64,000 bases of DNA from IMG/VR virus record IMGVR_UViG_3300031521_000012, positions 64,001 to 128,000 of that record; one strand, given 5' to 3'. The number at the start of each line of letters is the position of its first letter. Positions within the stretch are counted from its first letter, which is position 1. Below the pieces are notes generated by a model. The model had not been told where the DNA came from. It worked only from the letters and a program-made list of their open reading frames with translations, and did no database searches. A program made the translations under genes and the position numbers. The stretch comes from a virus. Positions 16,506 to 26,166 of this stretch are shown piece by piece.

Positions 16506-17423
16506 TTATAGTTTCATTACACCCTGATCGGGAGTATTAGCAACCAAAGCTGAAGCTGCAATCGTTGCCAATGCTGTTGTAACCATGCCAGCTGTCTTAG
16601 CATCGAATTTGCTTACTACGGTTGACATATCAACGCCATGTTGAACTGCAATCAAAGTTGCAATGCAAGCGCAAATTGAATGATAATCATCTAAAACGAT
16701 TAATCTTTCACCAAGCATTTTCTTCCAATAGCCCAATACATATGGGTCGTCAGTATAGCTGCCTTCGTTAACGTGAATGTGATATACGTTATAAAGCCTT
16801 TGGGCTTCTTCAAGAAGTTGAACATCAGTAACTTCTTCAGCTTCAGCATAGCCAAGGAATTTCTTTAATGAATAAACATCAAGTTTATCCCAAGATGCTT
16901 CATCACCGATTGTAATAAGGAAACCCTTTTGATTGCGTTTTTCGAAGCAGTCGATTGAGGTATGTCTACCTGCGATAATCCATGCAAGCAAATATGATTC
17001 CATTCTCTGACCACCGCCATTGCCTTCAATGAAAGTATTTTTAAGCCATTTGTCGAGTTCAACTTCGCCAGACTCAAATTGACCGATTTGAATTGGCACT
17101 TTGTCTGAAATATGATCGCCAATAGCACCAAAAAGAATTTGTGGGTGTAAAACGCCATTATCAATAATGGTATTCATTAAAGTACCTAGTTCGTTTTTGA
17201 TAATACTTTCAGGAATCCTGCCCATGCTACCTGTAACATCTAAAAATACCATTACTGCTAATGATTCAGGATGTGCATCTGAATCACGTGATTCTCTGAT
17301 TCCAATGTTAACTGGAAGAAGTTCTTCGACAGGTTCGTCAGTAAATATCTGACCAGCTGACTTACCAGCATATGAACTACTTAAGTTCCTAGCTGCATCT
17401 GATGACCAACCGCTATATCCCAT
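16506..17423 (-). CDS. von Willebrand factor A domain protein
   Basis: MIDAS motif DVTGSM, AIGD, GNGGG..ESY, TIGDE. Confidence 0.85.
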   Translation of the reverse strand: MGYSGWSSDAARNLSSSYAGKSAGQIFTDEPVEELLPVNIGIRESRDSDAHPESLAVMVFLDVTGSMGRIPESIIKNELGTLMNTIIDNGVLHPQILFGAIGDHISDKVPIQIGQFESGEVELDKWLKNTFIEGNGGGQRMESYLLAWIIAGRHTSIDCFEKRNQKGFLITIGDEASWDKLDVYSLKKFLGYAEAEEVTDVQLLEEAQRLYNVYHIHVNEGSYTDDPYVLGYWKKMLGERLIVLDDYHSICACIATLIAVQHGVDMSTVVSKFDAKTAGMVTTALATIAASALVANTPDQGVMKL

Positions 17424-17425
17424 AA

Positions 17426-17611
17426 TTATTCAGGAATTTCATCGTTAGTATTATCGGTTGCCTCAACAGGTTCAACTGTTGCTTCAACTTCAGGTGTTGT
17501 TACTTCAGCAACTACTGGTGTGGTTGTTGGTACGGTTACTTCTTCAGTTCCCATCATTTCTTCCATTTCCTCTAATGAGAGGTTTGATTGTGAAAAAATT
17601 GCTTGTCCCAT
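17426..17611 (-). CDS. small acidic Thr/Glu/Val-rich protein
   Basis: 61-aa ORF directly after an ECF-type promoter (17663-17692). Confidence 0.6.
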   Translation of the reverse strand: MGQAIFSQSNLSLEEMEEMMGTEEVTVPTTTPVVAEVTTPEVEATVEPVEATDNTNDEIPE

Positions 17612-17713
17612 GATATTAATTGTTTTAATTGTTAATAATGATTATAATTTATGTTAAAGTTATTATACGTTTGAATGCATCGTTTTGTTACAAAAATATG
17701 TAATTATTTTTAA

Positions 17714-17959
17714 TTATTCGTTACATAACATAATTGTTTCGTTATAAACTTCCCATTCGTTACTTGTTGCAAGACTCCAATGATTGGAATGCTCACCAAT
17801 TGGGTGCCTACCAGCTGGTGTAGTAGCGCTTCTTTTTATGATAGTTCCAGATTTTTCATCGCTAAATAAAACAACAATACCTGTTTTAAGATGTTTCATT
17901 ATTATAGGATATGATGAAAAATAATTTTTCTGTTTATTAACACTTTCAGCCTTTACCAT
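17714..17959 (-). CDS. hypothetical protein
   Basis: 81-aa ORF. Confidence 0.55.
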   Translation of the reverse strand: MVKAESVNKQKNYFSSYPIIMKHLKTGIVVLFSDEKSGTIIKRSATTPAGRHPIGEHSNHWSLATSNEWEVYNETIMLCNE

Positions 17960-17981
17960 TTTTACTGTTTTTAATTAAAAG

Positions 17982-18869
17982 TTATAAATCCAATATACAA
18001 AATTTCTTTTCAAAATTTTTCTTTAATATTTCCCGATATTGCAAATATTCACTAAGCTTATTTTCATGCTTAGTTAATAAAAACACCAGTACTTCCTGAT
18101 TGATCTTTACCTTATCCATTTTTAACTTAGTGCCAGCTGCTGATCGATCACCTAAAAGGTATATAGCAATTTTCTTGCAAAGTTCTAGGTCTATGTCAGG
18201 TGTAGCTATCTTTTTGGTAAATAATGTTGTAGGATACCACATTTTATACTTAGCACTGATGGTTTCAGCTTTTTTATTTAAAATAGTCATGTGATAGAAG
18301 CTAGTGACAATTATCCCATGTGTCTCAGGCACAACGAATACTGTAGTGGGGTTGAAACCCATATGTGAGTACCCACATTCTCTTATCCACATAGTAAACT
18401 CAAACATCCTACTAAACAGCCAGTTAACATGTTCTTGTGGTAGAGTTTGATTTGTTAACGGTACTGAGCGATCAGCCAGTACAATAATGAGTTTATCTTT
18501 AGTCAAAATCATATCTTGTGGCATGTATCGCTGAAAACTTTCAGACGCTTTGTCATGCTTTGCCATTAAGATTTTATAGTTATTGGCAGACTTTGTTAAA
18601 AGTGCTCGATTAAGATCGGTAACAACATATTCAATTTTCTTTTCATATACTTTAAAATCGCCTGTTTCATCAGTATATGTGATTCCATTTTCAATCACAT
18701 CCTTATAGTGATTAATAATAGCCATTGCATCGTTTGCTTTTGGCTGTTTGCACATATCAGGATGAATTAGTTTGGAATATGTGATGTAATCTTTCTTCCA
18801 ATCATCCCTAAATAAATCAGATGGCTTTTTTGATTTAAGTGTTTTATCGATTAATTCAATGTCTGTCAT
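17982..18869 (-). CDS. J-domain fused to a degenerate protein-kinase-like domain
   Basis: YITYSKLIHPD J-domain motif; HVNWLFSRM..GYSHMGFNPTTVFVVPETHGI kinase-like catalytic-loop region lacking the canonical HRD/DFG. Confidence 0.65.
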   Translation of the reverse strand: MTDIELIDKTLKSKKPSDLFRDDWKKDYITYSKLIHPDMCKQPKANDAMAIINHYKDVIENGITYTDETGDFKVYEKKIEYVVTDLNRALLTKSANNYKILMAKHDKASESFQRYMPQDMILTKDKLIIVLADRSVPLTNQTLPQEHVNWLFSRMFEFTMWIRECGYSHMGFNPTTVFVVPETHGIIVTSFYHMTILNKKAETISAKYKMWYPTTLFTKKIATPDIDLELCKKIAIYLLGDRSAAGTKLKMDKVKINQEVLVFLLTKHENKLSEYLQYREILKKNFEKKFCILDL

Positions 18870-19093
18870 TGTTTATTTTTAATTATATTATCGTATGATT
18901 CTAATTCAGGAATAATTTGTTTAAGTATATTCTTTTTAACACTATACCCACAAGCAGAAATAAATGCATAGCTAACAGGATGACCCCTTTCAGCTAAGTT
19001 CTTACGCCATAAGGCTGATACTAAATTCATCAAATGACCATATCCCAATTTTTTGCAAAGTGCATCTACATCTTCAATTTCATTCATTATCAA
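18866..19093 (-). CDS. hypothetical protein
   Basis: 75-aa ORF in operon. Confidence 0.55.
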   Translation of the reverse strand: MIMNEIEDVDALCKKLGYGHLMNLVSALWRKNLAERGHPVSYAFISACGYSVKKNILKQIIPELESYDNIIKNKQ

Positions 19094-19680
19094 AATGTTT
19101 TATGTGTTAAAAATCTTTTTGCTTTATATACAATCGTTGGTATTAAACCAGTGTAATTATCACATTGAAAGAAGTTATATTGCTGATTTAAATGCATATC
19201 ACTATCATCATCAAATATAAGAAATTTGTAAAAGTCATAATAATCAACACCAAACCATTCTTTAGTGTGGTCATAAAGCCATTGATGAATTTCAGTACCT
19301 CTGGCATATCCAGTATAAGGTGTTTTATCAATGATAGTAAATGTAGCACCACAATGGTTGAAAATTACCTGTAGCTCTTCTGGTGTATAATGTGAACGCA
19401 TTGAAGCTGATAATACAACAGCACTATTGGTTTCAATACAAAGGTTATTCAATAGCTTCATTCTATCAGGACACATTTCGCCATCATAGTAATCAAGCTT
19501 ACTTATTTCATTGGATTTAACCAATTTTAATAAATGTCGTTTAACTGTTCTATAAAACGGAATATTATCGTAGCGTGTTAAATGCTTATAACGTTCAGTA
19601 TAAAATAACTCACAATTTAAAACTCCATCTAAGTCCAAGAAGATCAGAGAGTTATACTTATTTACTTCAGGTGTTATCAT
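19090..19680 (-). CDS. HAD-family phosphatase (Swiss-Army-Knife RNA-repair type)
   Basis: FLDLDGVLN, VLSAS, RGTEI..WL, FDDDSD. Confidence 0.8.
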   Translation of the reverse strand: MITPEVNKYNSLIFLDLDGVLNCELFYTERYKHLTRYDNIPFYRTVKRHLLKLVKSNEISKLDYYDGEMCPDRMKLLNNLCIETNSAVVLSASMRSHYTPEELQVIFNHCGATFTIIDKTPYTGYARGTEIHQWLYDHTKEWFGVDYYDFYKFLIFDDDSDMHLNQQYNFFQCDNYTGLIPTIVYKAKRFLTHKTF

Positions 19681-19861
19681 TGATTATTTGTTTTGTAATT
19701 TCATTTTCTTTTCTTCGTAATAATTCACACACTACTTCGATAAACCTTTCTTCAGTCATTGCTGGAATAACATCACCTTCCATCAGCACACAATGGTCTG
19801 TATACCATGTATCGGCATAGCAATCAGAATTGTTTTTGAAAATATCGCTTAAACTATTCAT
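19667..19861 (-). CDS. hypothetical protein
   Basis: 64-aa ORF. Confidence 0.5.
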   Translation of the reverse strand: MNSLSDIFKNNSDCYADTWYTDHCVLMEGDVIPAMTEERFIEVVCELLRRKENEITKQIINDNT

Positions 19862-19863
19862 TG

Positions 19864-20082
19864 TTAATAAATTTTGTTTTTGTTAGCAAAATATACTTTA
19901 GTCTTAATACTCTTTTCATATTCTTCCCAAGCTTTGATATTAGCATTGATGTATGCTTTAGCTTCATCACCTTCAACAGCATCCAAGTCTTCCCACAATA
20001 GCTTAACAATATCTTTAATAGATACATGCACTTTGTCATTAACAATATGCGAATAAATTTTCGTTTTCTTAACTACACACAT
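19864..20082 (-). CDS. hypothetical protein
   Basis: 72-aa ORF after an ECF-type promoter (20100-20129). Confidence 0.55.
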   Translation of the reverse strand: MCVVKKTKIYSHIVNDKVHVSIKDIVKLLWEDLDAVEGDEAKAYINANIKAWEEYEKSIKTKVYFANKNKIY

Positions 20083-20135
20083 AATTTACTGTTTTTCTAT
20101 TATACGTAAAGAGTACCTCAAATGTTACAAAATCA

Positions 20136-20420
20136 TTAAATATTTATTCTCAATAATGATAATATTTTAAAATAGTCATCGGTTGTTAGATTACTATTAA
20201 TTGTTGAGAATATTCTTTCAGATGTTTTATTACACCAATGAAGTTCAGTAATATAAAATTCTCCATACATTCCAATACGACAAACTAAATCTAAATTTGA
20301 TTTGTGTTTGAAATCGGTAAATAATGGCATGCCCAAAACCATTTCCCATCCCTGCGATAATAAAAAATCTTTGGTAAGTCTTCCAACTGTTTTAATAGGC
20401 GTTTTATTCCCTGTTTTCAT
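20136..20420 (-). CDS. hypothetical protein
   Basis: 94-aa ORF downstream of a sigma-A promoter. Confidence 0.55.
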   Translation of the reverse strand: MKTGNKTPIKTVGRLTKDFLLSQGWEMVLGMPLFTDFKHKSNLDLVCRIGMYGEFYITELHWCNKTSERIFSTINSNLTTDDYFKILSLLRINI

Positions 20421-20434
20421 AATTTTTTATTTTT

Positions 20435-20592
20435 TGTAACATTTCACCATACCTATACGTATATTAGGTAATGATATTAGAATGCAAAGCTAAATCATTT
20501 AATTGTAAACAGCAATGATTTTTTAAAATTCACAATCAATTATAAAATAAATTGTTAATTTTGTAACATTTTGCCATGCATATCCGTATAAT
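20435..20592. promoter_or_regulatory. divergent control region with two plus-strand ECF-type promoters and one minus-strand Bacteroidota sigma-A promoter
   Basis: TGTAAC-N17-CGTAT at 20435 and 20562 (+); TTG...TAGCTTTG at 20515-20485 (-). Confidence 0.7.
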
Positions 20593-20614
20593 AGGCATAA
20601 CATAAATCATTTTT

Positions 20615-22162
20615 ATGAAAAAAGCTAATAAGCTTACTGAAGAAGAACGTATTCAAGCAAACCTAAATAGCTCAATTAGAAAAATTGAAACTAATTCAAG
20701 ATTAAAAACCTTAACGATAAATAAGATAATAAACGATGATTTAAATCAATTACAAAATAAATTATTAAAACAAGTAACATATAATACAATGAAAAACGAA
20801 AAATTAGAATTATTATTAAACAAGGTGGTTGCCTTTGATCAACCAAACGTTGCCTACTATAAAGGCTTTCTTTATAAAGACAACAGAGGTTACTATATCA
20901 AAGTGGTTGAATCAACTTTGGGTTCATTCTTTTTGAATGATAAAATCTTCCTGAAAGACGGTGATGAACAGTTTATTACACAAGCCGATAAGCCTAAACT
21001 TATGCGTGTTAGCTTAAAATCATGGCATTATCGTCTGATTAAGTATGTGCTAGGTTCAAAAGCACCAACGCCTAAGACAATGCAAAACGGTTGTCCTTAT
21101 TTTTGGCTACTGATTTTCTCAGTACTTGTATCGCCATTCGTATTGCTTGGCAGTGGTTTGTGGTTTGTGATTGGTTTTATTCCACGATTACTATTTTTAG
21201 GCTTAGAGAATTGGGCTAATACTTGGGTTATTGGAATTAGTGATGAACAAGCCTTTGATCTTTACGATCAAGGTAGAAGTTCAAAATTCGGTATACCTGT
21301 AACAGCTAAATTGTTCATGAAAAGAAACGATGAAGATGTTATTGACTTATACATCAAGCAAAAATATAATATTGATTATAGAACCGATAGTAAAGCATGG
21401 TGTGTAAAACGTGATGAATTACGTGAAAAATGGGCTACATGGTATCAGGAAGAACGTAAAAAAATGGATGCTGCTGCTGCTTTACGTAGTACAATACTTA
21501 TGGAAGAAAGACGTAAGCGTATGGCTAGAGAAGCTAAGTGGGAAGCAAGAACTGCACCAATCAAAAAAAATATTAATAATATAATTGACACATTGTACTC
21601 AATCTTCGATTTTGATTGGAAATCAATTATTAAGAGAACCAAACAGGTTGTTGGCGCTGTCTTAACATTCCTTTTACTTGCATTTTCATTTGTAGTGGTA
21701 TGTGCACTTACATTAGGATTATCAATGTTCTTTGATTGGTCGGGTGAGAATTATATGATCTACGTATATTTACTTTCAGGATTGGTTGGCGCAGGAATTT
21801 GTTGGTTATTATCTGTGTTTGTTGGTGGTTGGTTACAAACTGTTGTTAATAAATATAGATCAGGCACTAAAGTATGGTATGTTGAACCTTTCATTTATTT
21901 ATTCTACTATCCGCTTAAATATGTTGCAATCTTCTTGGGATATGCAGTATTAGTTCCTATCAAATTCGTATTCTACAATGTACTATGGAAATTCATTTTA
22001 GTAAACTTAGGATTGTTCTTTTGGAAAGTAATTCGTTCTATTGGTCGTGGTCTTGCTAGCAGTACTGGTGTATTCGGTGAATATTTTTCGGCAAGCTATA
22101 CGGACTACTGTCCCGGGATCGAGTGGGCTGATACTGAACTCGAAGAACGTGAAGAACTTTAA
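20615..22162 (+). CDS. multi-pass membrane protein
   Basis: Several hydrophobic helices; CPYFW motif; C-terminal YCPGIEW. Confidence 0.7.
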   Translation: MKKANKLTEEERIQANLNSSIRKIETNSRLKTLTINKIINDDLNQLQNKLLKQVTYNTMKNEKLELLLNKVVAFDQPNVAYYKGFLYKDNRGYYIKVVESTLGSFFLNDKIFLKDGDEQFITQADKPKLMRVSLKSWHYRLIKYVLGSKAPTPKTMQNGCPYFWLLIFSVLVSPFVLLGSGLWFVIGFIPRLLFLGLENWANTWVIGISDEQAFDLYDQGRSSKFGIPVTAKLFMKRNDEDVIDLYIKQKYNIDYRTDSKAWCVKRDELREKWATWYQEERKKMDAAAALRSTILMEERRKRMAREAKWEARTAPIKKNINNIIDTLYSIFDFDWKSIIKRTKQVVGAVLTFLLLAFSFVVVCALTLGLSMFFDWSGENYMIYVYLLSGLVGAGICWLLSVFVGGWLQTVVNKYRSGTKVWYVEPFIYLFYYPLKYVAIFLGYAVLVPIKFVFYNVLWKFILVNLGLFFWKVIRSIGRGLASSTGVFGEYFSASYTDYCPGIEWADTELEEREEL

Positions 22163-22203
22163 AATAATACACTCATAATTATAAACAAAAAATAACTTAT
22201 ATC

Positions 22204-22851
22204 ATGTATACATTCATAACAATATTTGCACTCACAATAATAATCTGTTCGTGTTTTTACAAGAAGAATATGTGGGAAAATAGGTACTTAGTACTGCTAA
22301 TAGGTGCAAGTCTTTCATTAGTATCAATGATTTCAGTAAATTATGTAGCACGTAGTAAGGCTGATATTAAAATCGTTGTTAATTCCGAAAAGAAATTAAG
22401 TTCTTTTTATATGATCAATACTGATCTTAAGTACGCTAAGGATAGTAATAATGTATTGAAACGGCTTGTTAAAAACAACTATTCATTCTATAATAATCAT
22501 GACGCATCTGAATTTATTAAAAGCAAGAAATATCCACATTCCCAAACCAAAATTAGCTTCATTTTATATGAAAACGGTGGAACTAGATATGTAGGTGTTT
22601 TCGTTGATAAGAGAAATGGTGATCAAATAGACTTTTATCACCTGAACAATATATACTTTCAGCCAAGCAAAGATAGTAATGCCTATGTACAAGAAGAAAT
22701 AGCTGAATACAATGTACAGAGTAAATGGGTTGTTAAAGGTACTATACCATCAGCTAAATCAGCTACAATCATATACGTTCCTAAATGGGAATATGCAATG
22801 ATACCTAATTCATTACTTCGTAAATTACCTGTAGAATGGAAAAGAAGCTAA
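22204..22851 (+). CDS. membrane-anchored hypothetical protein
   Basis: Two N-terminal transmembrane segments. Confidence 0.6.
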   Translation: MYTFITIFALTIIICSCFYKKNMWENRYLVLLIGASLSLVSMISVNYVARSKADIKIVVNSEKKLSSFYMINTDLKYAKDSNNVLKRLVKNNYSFYNNHDASEFIKSKKYPHSQTKISFILYENGGTRYVGVFVDKRNGDQIDFYHLNNIYFQPSKDSNAYVQEEIAEYNVQSKWVVKGTIPSAKSATIIYVPKWEYAMIPNSLLRKLPVEWKRS

Positions 22852-23126
22852 TTGAAGTCTGCGATGCTATATTTGTTGATGTAACATGCATGGAAAATGA
22901 TATGACTGATATCAAGTGTGGCGGTCCTGCCACACTTGGTTACGAGTTCAACATTAGTCCTGACGAAGATATAAATGATTTTAAAGCTTTCTTGACCAAG
23001 TGCATTAAAAAACATAAAATGCCGTTAATGGGCATTACAACCAATATTCGAAAAAATATTCCAGTAAGCGACCTTTGGACAAGAGAATTGATCGAAAGTT
23101 ATATTCAAAAAAATAAAATATATTAA
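22836..23126 (+). CDS. hypothetical protein
   Basis: 96-aa ORF. Confidence 0.55.
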   Translation: MEKKLIEVCDAIFVDVTCMENDMTDIKCGGPATLGYEFNISPDEDINDFKAFLTKCIKKHKMPLMGITTNIRKNIPVSDLWTRELIESYIQKNKIY

Positions 23127-23129
23127 ATC

Positions 23130-23372
23130 ATGAAAACAACATTATTAGAAATTCTTTGGAAAAAAGAATTGATTCATTGGAGAAGAATGAAACAGGTGTT
23201 TGGTAAATTTAATTGGTTTGGTAAATTAATTATTGCGCCTTTGGTAGTCATTCTTGTAACATTAACACATTATGCTTTTGCATTAATGCACACAATGTTT
23301 GAACTATGCCTATATGCTTTTGCAAGACAAGCATTTAAATATAACTTGCAGAAACTAGCTCTTAAAGTATAA
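23130..23372 (+). CDS. small membrane protein
   Basis: Hydrophobic central segment. Confidence 0.55.
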   Translation: MKTTLLEILWKKELIHWRRMKQVFGKFNWFGKLIIAPLVVILVTLTHYAFALMHTMFELCLYAFARQAFKYNLQKLALKV

Positions 23373-23389
23373 CTATAAAAAAACTAACT

Positions 23390-23647
23390 ATGTTTAAAAG
23401 TATTGCATATGTAATGTCAGTAATGATTTACTATTTCATCGAATCTTTACTGGTGGGTCTCTTCGTCAGTGTAGCATATCATAAAATATTATTCAATAAA
23501 TTATTTATTGTCGATATCACATATTTTCAATGGGTGGTAATGATTTGGATTGTTAAGGTCTTATTGTTTGACCTGTTCAAAGTCAACGTAAATAAAGATA
23601 TTGTAATGGTAAACGAAACAAATACAGCTAATTTAAATAATCAATAA
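23390..23647 (+). CDS. small membrane protein
   Basis: Two hydrophobic segments. Confidence 0.55.
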   Translation: MFKSIAYVMSVMIYYFIESLLVGLFVSVAYHKILFNKLFIVDITYFQWVVMIWIVKVLLFDLFKVNVNKDIVMVNETNTANLNNQ

Positions 23648-23650
23648 CAA

Positions 23651-23872
23651 ATGTCAAAATATAAAAAAGAAAATCCAAGGATTCCAGTTAGGTTCATTGA
23701 TGACAAAACTGAGGAAGTATTGTTCGAGTTAAAAGATAAAACATCAATAACTGTTGGTGAAATCTTTTCAAATTATATAGGTTCTAGCATTATTGAAGAC
23801 CACTTTAAAGGTAAAAAGCTACCTAGAAAAGTATTGGTAATTGCAATTGCAGAATTTACGCTAGAAGATTAA
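23651..23872 (+). CDS. hypothetical protein
   Basis: 73-aa ORF. Confidence 0.55.
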   Translation: MSKYKKENPRIPVRFIDDKTEEVLFELKDKTSITVGEIFSNYIGSSIIEDHFKGKKLPRKVLVIAIAEFTLED

Positions 23873-23882
23873 TACTACGATA

Positions 23883-24305
23883 ATGATAAAAGTTGTACCG
23901 TTTATAGAAACAATTTGCAGTGAAGAGTTTAAAACATTTCTCTACAAGCCGTTTGATATCAAAATGTTATATTCAAATGGTGATACAACTACATTGTTCA
24001 CTGGTTGGCGTGGGAAGAATATGGGGAACTGGCATAGGTTTATGAATGATGATGGTATTACACTAGAATTTTATGCTGGTGATTACAATGTTAGTAATTC
24101 TAAAACTACCAGAAACTATACGATACCATTACCGATTACACTAAATGATTTCATCAATGACATGCATAAATATGGGGTTCAGCTTTATTGGGGAGATTGG
24201 ATTGATGAAAATTTTGAACCTAAAGAATATTTACGTGTTGATGAAATACGTGGATATTTTATTGATTTGTTAAAAAAAATGGATAAATCTCATGAGCTAC
24301 AATAA
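23883..24305 (+). CDS. hypothetical protein
   Basis: 140-aa ORF. Confidence 0.6.
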   Translation: MIKVVPFIETICSEEFKTFLYKPFDIKMLYSNGDTTTLFTGWRGKNMGNWHRFMNDDGITLEFYAGDYNVSNSKTTRNYTIPLPITLNDFINDMHKYGVQLYWGDWIDENFEPKEYLRVDEIRGYFIDLLKKMDKSHELQ

Positions 24306-24309
24306 AATC

Positions 24310-24339
24310 TTTGCTTTTGAGATTTATTCGTTAACTTTG
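24310..24339 (+). promoter_or_regulatory. Bacteroidota sigma-A promoter
   Basis: TTTG (-33) ... TAACTTTG (-7), 16 nt before the ATG at 24356. Confidence 0.7.
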
Positions 24340-24355
24340 TTAAAATTTAATTATA

Positions 24356-25084
24356 ATGAATACTAACGATATTAAACTATGGTCAAATATTTCGTTCAAG
24401 ACAAAATGCTATCGCAAAAATTTTGATTTAGTTACCGAAAATGAAAATATTATAACAGAATGCGCAGGTAGCATATCTGAATTAAAAATATCTGAAGGCA
24501 AAACGCCATTTATTATTGGGGAATATAGCTTTTCTGTTTGGAATATTGAATTAAGTAAAATGTTGAATATTGATATCAATAAAATCATTAGAAAATATTC
24601 AATCGAAAACACATATCTTGAGTTAGCATCTATTATTGAGGATGAATTAATTGATACATCCAAATACAAAAAGATTGTACTGGTTCATTCATTGATTTTA
24701 CGTCCTGAATTTAGAAAACATGGTATTACTGAAGAATTTATTGAATTCTTATATAGAGATTACTATAATGAGAATACCTTAATTCTAGCACTCGTTAAGC
24801 CATTTCAAGATAATCCAATTGATAATGACTATTATTCCAATCAAAAACTGGTTCGATCACCAATTAAAATTGGCGATGCAGAAGTACAAGAAACTATTCC
24901 AGCATCAGTATATTATTCACTAAAGGATTTATACGATAAAAACGACATAGAATTTAATGAGTATAAACTATTTGCAGTTGCAAGTAAATGTGGTTTTACT
25001 CGGATAGGCGAAACACATCTATTCGATTTTTTACCTGAAAACACAATTAAACGACTTAAAGAAAAGAACAATGTCCAAAAGTAA
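24356..25084 (+). CDS. GNAT-like acetyltransferase
   Basis: LILRPEFRKHGITEEF acetyl-CoA-binding motif A; C-terminal KCGF. Confidence 0.5.
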   Translation: MNTNDIKLWSNISFKTKCYRKNFDLVTENENIITECAGSISELKISEGKTPFIIGEYSFSVWNIELSKMLNIDINKIIRKYSIENTYLELASIIEDELIDTSKYKKIVLVHSLILRPEFRKHGITEEFIEFLYRDYYNENTLILALVKPFQDNPIDNDYYSNQKLVRSPIKIGDAEVQETIPASVYYSLKDLYDKNDIEFNEYKLFAVASKCGFTRIGETHLFDFLPENTIKRLKEKNNVQK

Positions 25085-25331
25085 AAAAGAATTAACAATA
25101 TTAGATTACCATGAAGCATTAGATAGAACATATCTAATGACGAGTATCGTTAATGATGCTCTAATGGAACATCAAGTAATTTTAAAACATGAAGAACTAC
25201 ATGAAAAAATTGAATCGGCTATTGCATTATTAGCAGAAGCATATCAGCTGATCGGTGGCTTAGAATTCTCATTATTTCCCAATGAATTTAAAGTTGCCGA
25301 TGAAAAATCAATTTCAAAACAGAAGCATTGA
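25071..25331 (+). CDS. hypothetical protein
   Basis: 86-aa ORF. Confidence 0.55.
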   Translation: MSKSKKELTILDYHEALDRTYLMTSIVNDALMEHQVILKHEELHEKIESAIALLAEAYQLIGGLEFSLFPNEFKVADEKSISKQKH

Positions 25332-25378
25332 TTATCAACGTAATGTAACTTACTGAATTTTTTACTATTTATAAACGT

Positions 25379-25495
25379 ATGCAAATTATCCTCAACATAA
25401 CAATACACTCCAAACTTCTTCGACTTAGAATAGCGATATTTTAAGTGATAATACTATCCAATACCTAGAAAATCGAAGTTTTCTAGGCATTTTGG
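25379..25495 (+). promoter_or_regulatory. putative leader peptide plus attenuator
   Basis: uORF MQIILNITIHSKLLRLRIAIF (25379-25444); hairpin CCTAGAAAA-TCGAAG-TTTTCTAGG; AAACTTC/CTTCGA in the uORF is complementary to the hairpin loop and 3' arm. Confidence 0.45.
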
Positions 25496-25572
25496 TCTTA
25501 AGTGACTCCTATTTGGAATACTACAATAAATTTAAAATGTTTATTCCATATCACATTATTTAAAACAAACAT

Positions 25573-26166
25573 ATGAGAAAACTACTAATTATAATATTTA
25601 TATTATTCATTAACTTTACTTCGGCTAGCAATTATCCTAAAGATAGTATTGCTATCGATACTAATCAAATGAATATTAAAGAAATAGTTGAGTCAGAATC
25701 TGGTGTAAAGATACCAAGATACGCAAACATTAAATACATTGAGTACATATATAATACTGCAAACGACCTCGAATTGCCAATAAGAATTGTATTTAGATTG
25801 ATATATACCGAATCTAAATTTAAAGGTAACACTGTTTCACATGAAGGTGCTAAGGGTTTTATGCAGCTAATGCCAAGAACATATTCAAAATATGGAAAAT
25901 TACTTGAAATAAACAACTTAAATATTGACAATAATTGTAAAAACATAATTGTTGGATTATATTACTTAAAATCGATGTATAATTACTGGAACAAAAGAAA
26001 CATAACCGAAAATAATAAATGGAAATTCACACTTGCATCATACAATGCAGGTATTAATAATGTAATAAAACATAAAGGCATTCCACCGTTTAAAGCAACC
26101 AGAAATTTCCTTGCATTCATATTAAAAGAACCATCAATTTACTTAGCATTAAAAAATGAAGACTAA
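25573..26166 (+). CDS. SLT-domain lytic transglycosylase with signal peptide
   Basis: TES, GAKGFMQLMP and ASYNAG motifs. Confidence 0.88.
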   Translation: MRKLLIIIFILFINFTSASNYPKDSIAIDTNQMNIKEIVESESGVKIPRYANIKYIEYIYNTANDLELPIRIVFRLIYTESKFKGNTVSHEGAKGFMQLMPRTYSKYGKLLEINNLNIDNNCKNIIVGLYYLKSMYNYWNKRNITENNKWKFTLASYNAGINNVIKHKGIPPFKATRNFLAFILKEPSIYLALKNED

